A stretch of DNA of 58,019 nt, counting the filler, from Sluysia triapertura (taxonomy: Eukaryota), in NCBI GenBank assembly GCA_046118255.1. It is 4 parts of 4 records of this genome, joined end to end, with 100 filler letters (N's around TTAATTAATTAA, not from the genome) between each part and the next. Parts side by side here need not be neighbours in the genome. Positions count along the whole stretch, not along the records: positions 42,099 to 58,019 come from JBJNIA010215142.1; 3 more parts are not named here. One strand, given 5' to 3'. Position 1 is the first letter of the stretch. Every line of letters begins with the position of its first letter. The notes under the pieces are model-generated. The model was not told where the DNA came from and did not search any database. It saw nothing but the letters and a program-made list of their open reading frames with translations. Of the stretch, positions 54,207 through 58,019 are shown piece after piece. The position numbers were made by a program, and so were the translations under genes.

Positions 54207-56468
54207 TATATTAATAAACAAATGTATTTCTATTTTTTACATGTTATTGAATAATTTCTTTAATTTAGCTTAACAAAGCTAGTTTGTAATTAAATAAATA
54301 ATAATGTGAAAGTCCATTATAAATTTAAATAATATATTATTACGAAATCAATACAGTCAAACTCTATTACGAATACTTGTTGGTTTTATTTCATATTTTT
54401 TTCAAAGAAATTATAACTTATTTAGGTATTGCTTTTACTTAAATGTACTAAATAATAATAGTTTTAAAATAAGAAATAAAGTAAGAATAAAAGCAAAATA
54501 TTACTTTTTAACTAAAATTGAAGATTGTTTTTCACAAGTCCATTTAGAGCACATAATTAAATCAATGCATTTTAAGATATATTTTGAACAAATTATTGAT
54601 TATAATCCAGTGTTTTTGGTATTTCATCAAACTTCTACTAATTTTGCACGAAGTATCCATACATAATTTTTAAGGGTGACATCACTTAACTTAATTATAG
54701 TATAGGTCTCTGTTCGCGGTTGTTCGTTTTTGTAAAGAAATACGAACGTTGTAAAGAACGTATTGCACATACATGATAAATAAGAACACAATGTACCATT
54801 GTATTTCACTATACAAAGATGAACCATTACCGGCTGTATTCGTATAACGGTGATGGGAATAATGATTAATGTGGTGGTGGCGTCAATCAAAATGATAAGA
54901 GATTCAATAATGGTCATTTTCCGCATTTGAATGGAATTGAGAATATTTGCATTTCGAATAATTATGCAATTGATTAACAAGGTTACTACTACTGCTTATA
55001 TCACAAAAATTATTAAGGATGGGTCATTTTTAAGAATCTCAAAAATGGTCGCCTCAATTTGTGTTCAATCAAAAGTAAAACGTCATGTTTCTCATTTGGG
55101 AGAATGAGTGCATTATGCCTATCTTTACTGCAAATGGGTTTACTAAGTTACTTATAAAGATACTAATATTAAGTCTTGCACAAATATTATTGTTTAAAAT
55201 CTTAACACTTAAGGATTTGAATTTTAAAATTCAAAATGTTCTGGCTTAAAAATTTTTTTGATGCTACTAATGTTAAAATTATTAGATGTATTATACTTTT
55301 ATTGCTAATTACATAATATATTGTCTGAAGTACGTAAAATATAGTAAAATTAGTAAAAGCAGAATAGCATTATATATTAATATTTTCACATAAAGGGTTT
55401 AATTAAAATGGTTTGTTTAATGGCTTATTACAAGGTATTGCAGTAGAGGTTGTCAAAATTTTCATAATGATACTTTGTACATTTTCCTTGTCAGAGAAAA
55501 CCAATAAATTAGTCATTAACATGCATACCTTAATTATCAACTAAATAAAGCTTTATTATTATAGGCCTAACAACGGGAATGCTAGAGTTGATGAAAGTTT
55601 GATTGAGTTTTTGATTTATTTTATTTTAATTTATATTTGTAATTATTTTGTTAAATACTTATATTTATTATATTTAATCTAATAAAATATTAAATTTAAA
55701 ATATTATAATTTTTAAATATTTTAAATAATTTTATCTAAAATTGTAAATTTCATTATTTTGTTTATTTAAATCAAAAAGAAAATGAAAGAAAATTCAATA
55801 TAGCTACTTAGTGTAGATTTCATATAAATATAGGTGAAATCTTACAGTAAGTAACAAAATAAGTAAATTGTAATTATCGTAAAAAGAAAATGCATGTATT
55901 CCATGAAGCCGTTTGTTTTTTAAAAAGTCTATCATTCTTATACTAATTAAGAACTAAATTTATACTTAAATCTCTTATATTGTCACGCTAGATCTTATTA
56001 CAGCTAGCTCAATTTGTAGCTTTAAAATAATTTTAGTAATAGAAATCCTTTTTAAAATACTATATAAAGTATTATTTATTATAATTTAACTCGACTTGCA
56101 TTGCATCTGTCTATCATTTTACTTAATCCGCTTGTCTATTAATAAAAGTTAATTTTCTTATCTTTCTTTTGTTGAATAATAAATTTTGAGAGAGTTTGTT
56201 AGACCTTAAGAAGACTAGCTTAAACTATTTTTAAAACTAGACTATAATCGACTAGTGCAACCAATTAATTAATAGTTTAAATGAGAATAAGCTGTTCCAT
56301 ATTTTATGTGACAACTTTTTTCCAAAAAATCCTAACAGGACTTCACCTTCATAGATTTAGGCCGTACTTATTAATCCTTTTAGATATCTTGCTAAGATAA
56401 ATTTCTTTTCATAAGAAAATACTCAGCAGGAAGTATTATAAAGTACATCCGATTTTCCTATTAGCAAT

Positions 56469-58019
56469 TGTTGGGGTTGCTCAATTGTGGATCAAGAGAT
56501 GAGTCAAAAAAATATAGAGCCGTAAAATAAAGGAAAAATAGATACAGAGTGATGGATTGAACATTTTAAACACTGTTTGAATAATAATCATGAAAATGAA
56601 ACCATATATAATTATGTTAACAACCAAAGAATATTTTCGAGTTCCAAAGACTTTTATAAAGGTTTGGAAACACTGAGGTGCCTTTGAACTTGTGAATCTT
56701 TAGATCATTTAGGACTTTATTAATTTTTAATTATTCTTGAAACTTTGTTAAGCATCTAAGACCCTAGTAATCATATAAAGTATTTAAAATCTTTAAAATA
56801 TTCGAGAAATATTCATCCTTGTTATTTGTATTAAGGATGAATCTAGTATTGTAATAAGTAACATGAAGAAGTAGGAAAAAGAATGAGAGATGAGGTGAAA
56901 ACATCTAGAGCCTCCTGAATGCCTTATAATCTATTAAATAACTTTAGAACCCTAAGAACCTTAACAAAATCTATAAACTTAAAGTACACTCAATCCTATT
57001 TTTACGGGGTCCTTTTTTATGCGATTTTTATTTGTGCCATTTTTTGTGCGATCTCGTAATTGAATTATAATTATGAGATCGCAAAAAACAGGTTTGAGTG
57101 TATCATTAAGTCGAAAAGTAGATTAATTAATCAACTTAATTAAGAAAAAGTACCTTTTGAATGCAGAATGCTATTATAAATTTGAAGCTGTGTTTATATT
57201 TGTTTTAAAAAGACCTTTCGATGAAGCAGTGGTTTGATCCAGTTCACGCAAAGAAAGCCTTAATATCAAGCAAAGTCAAATTTTAATTAATTCTTATTTA
57301 TGAAATGCTGAATTTTTTAATGATAAAAATGATGATAATATAACGAATATGAGATGATTGCTATAAAAGTGAAGAATCTAGAAGTGAGTTTGAAATGTCT
57401 GTAGAGCGGTTTGTTTGAGAATAAAAACCTTAAAGTAAAATAAGATAATTATAAATCATATTTTTGTGTTTTGTATCAAGTAAAGTTTGACAGACTATAC
57501 CAAGTAATTCGGATTAATTCTCAAAGAATGTTGTGATAATCTGTGTGAGGAAATGTTTGATTGTAAAACTCAGGAACGATTGGATGATGAGAAAGTATAA
57601 AAAGTGCATGTGCTTTTTTTATCTAAATCCTAAACTTACCTACAAAATACCTGAGGGTCGATTTGCATAATATACACGAGACGTGTTATTAGGATTTGAT
57701 CAAAATGAATATCAACTCACGGCTTATAATGCGTGTATCTAAATTAGTTGTAAAATTAAATGAAATTACGCAACCCTTTTTAACGTATTGTTAACAAAAT
57801 ACAAATTAATAATTACGCAACCCTTCTTAAGGTGTTGCTATCAAAAATAAGTTTATATTGTTGGGATTGCCCAACTGTAGATCAGAAGATGAGTGAGAAA
57901 CATGTAGAATTATTATATGAAAGAAAAAAATGATGCAAAGTAATGGATTGAACATGGTAAACATTATTGGAATAAGAATCATAAAAGTAAAAACATCTAT
58001 AATAATGTTAACAGTTAAA
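56469..58019. repeat. Diverged direct repeats starting TGTTGGG (56469 and 57859), possibly old LTRs
   Basis: TGTTGGG.TTGC.CAA.TGT.GATCA..AGATGAGT ... ATGGATTGAACAT..TAAACA shared between copies; the second copy runs off the window. Confidence 0.55.
56985..57102. mobile_element. Tigger/pogo-like MITE (about 118 bp)
   Basis: Imperfect TIRs TACACTCAATCCTATTTTT / AAAAAACAGGTTTGAGTGTA including flanking TA; internal hairpin TGCGATCTC...GAGATCGCA. Confidence 0.7.

Noticed and set aside
54627-54980. 117-aa hydrophobic ORF
   Set aside because: TTG start, no domain, no splice or module context.

Overview
Very AT-rich eukaryotic (metazoan) DNA with very short GT-AG introns (35-43 nt), many (AAT)n/(ATT)n tracts and three artificial 100-nt N/TTAATTAATTAA contig linkers. 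This is compatible with a compact parasite genome such as the orthonectid Intoshia, but that is inference only. Recognisable host genes are PPM1A/B phosphatase, a GTSF1-like CHHC zinc-finger gene and a GILT/IFI30 exon, plus several orphan exons. Transposon debris includes an L2/CR1-group LINE, pogo, DD39D-type mariner, hAT Blackjack/Charlie-type MITEs and a Tigger-like MITE. The main observation is a dispersed family of about eight 2-3.5 kb cassettes sharing an ordered module: terminal motif, strand-skewed C/A-rich body ending in a decayed TM-coding segment, (ATT)n, hairpin 1, then a CCAATCAG...CTGATTGG hairpin 2. In seven of them hairpin 2 sits 57-215 nt upstream of a different intronless ORF. 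Two of these ORFs start with captured host-gene fragments (otoferlin C2A; REEP5/DP1), and several share faint C-terminal motifs. The family looks like an undescribed gene-capturing mobile or virus-like cassette system. All alignments were done by eye.
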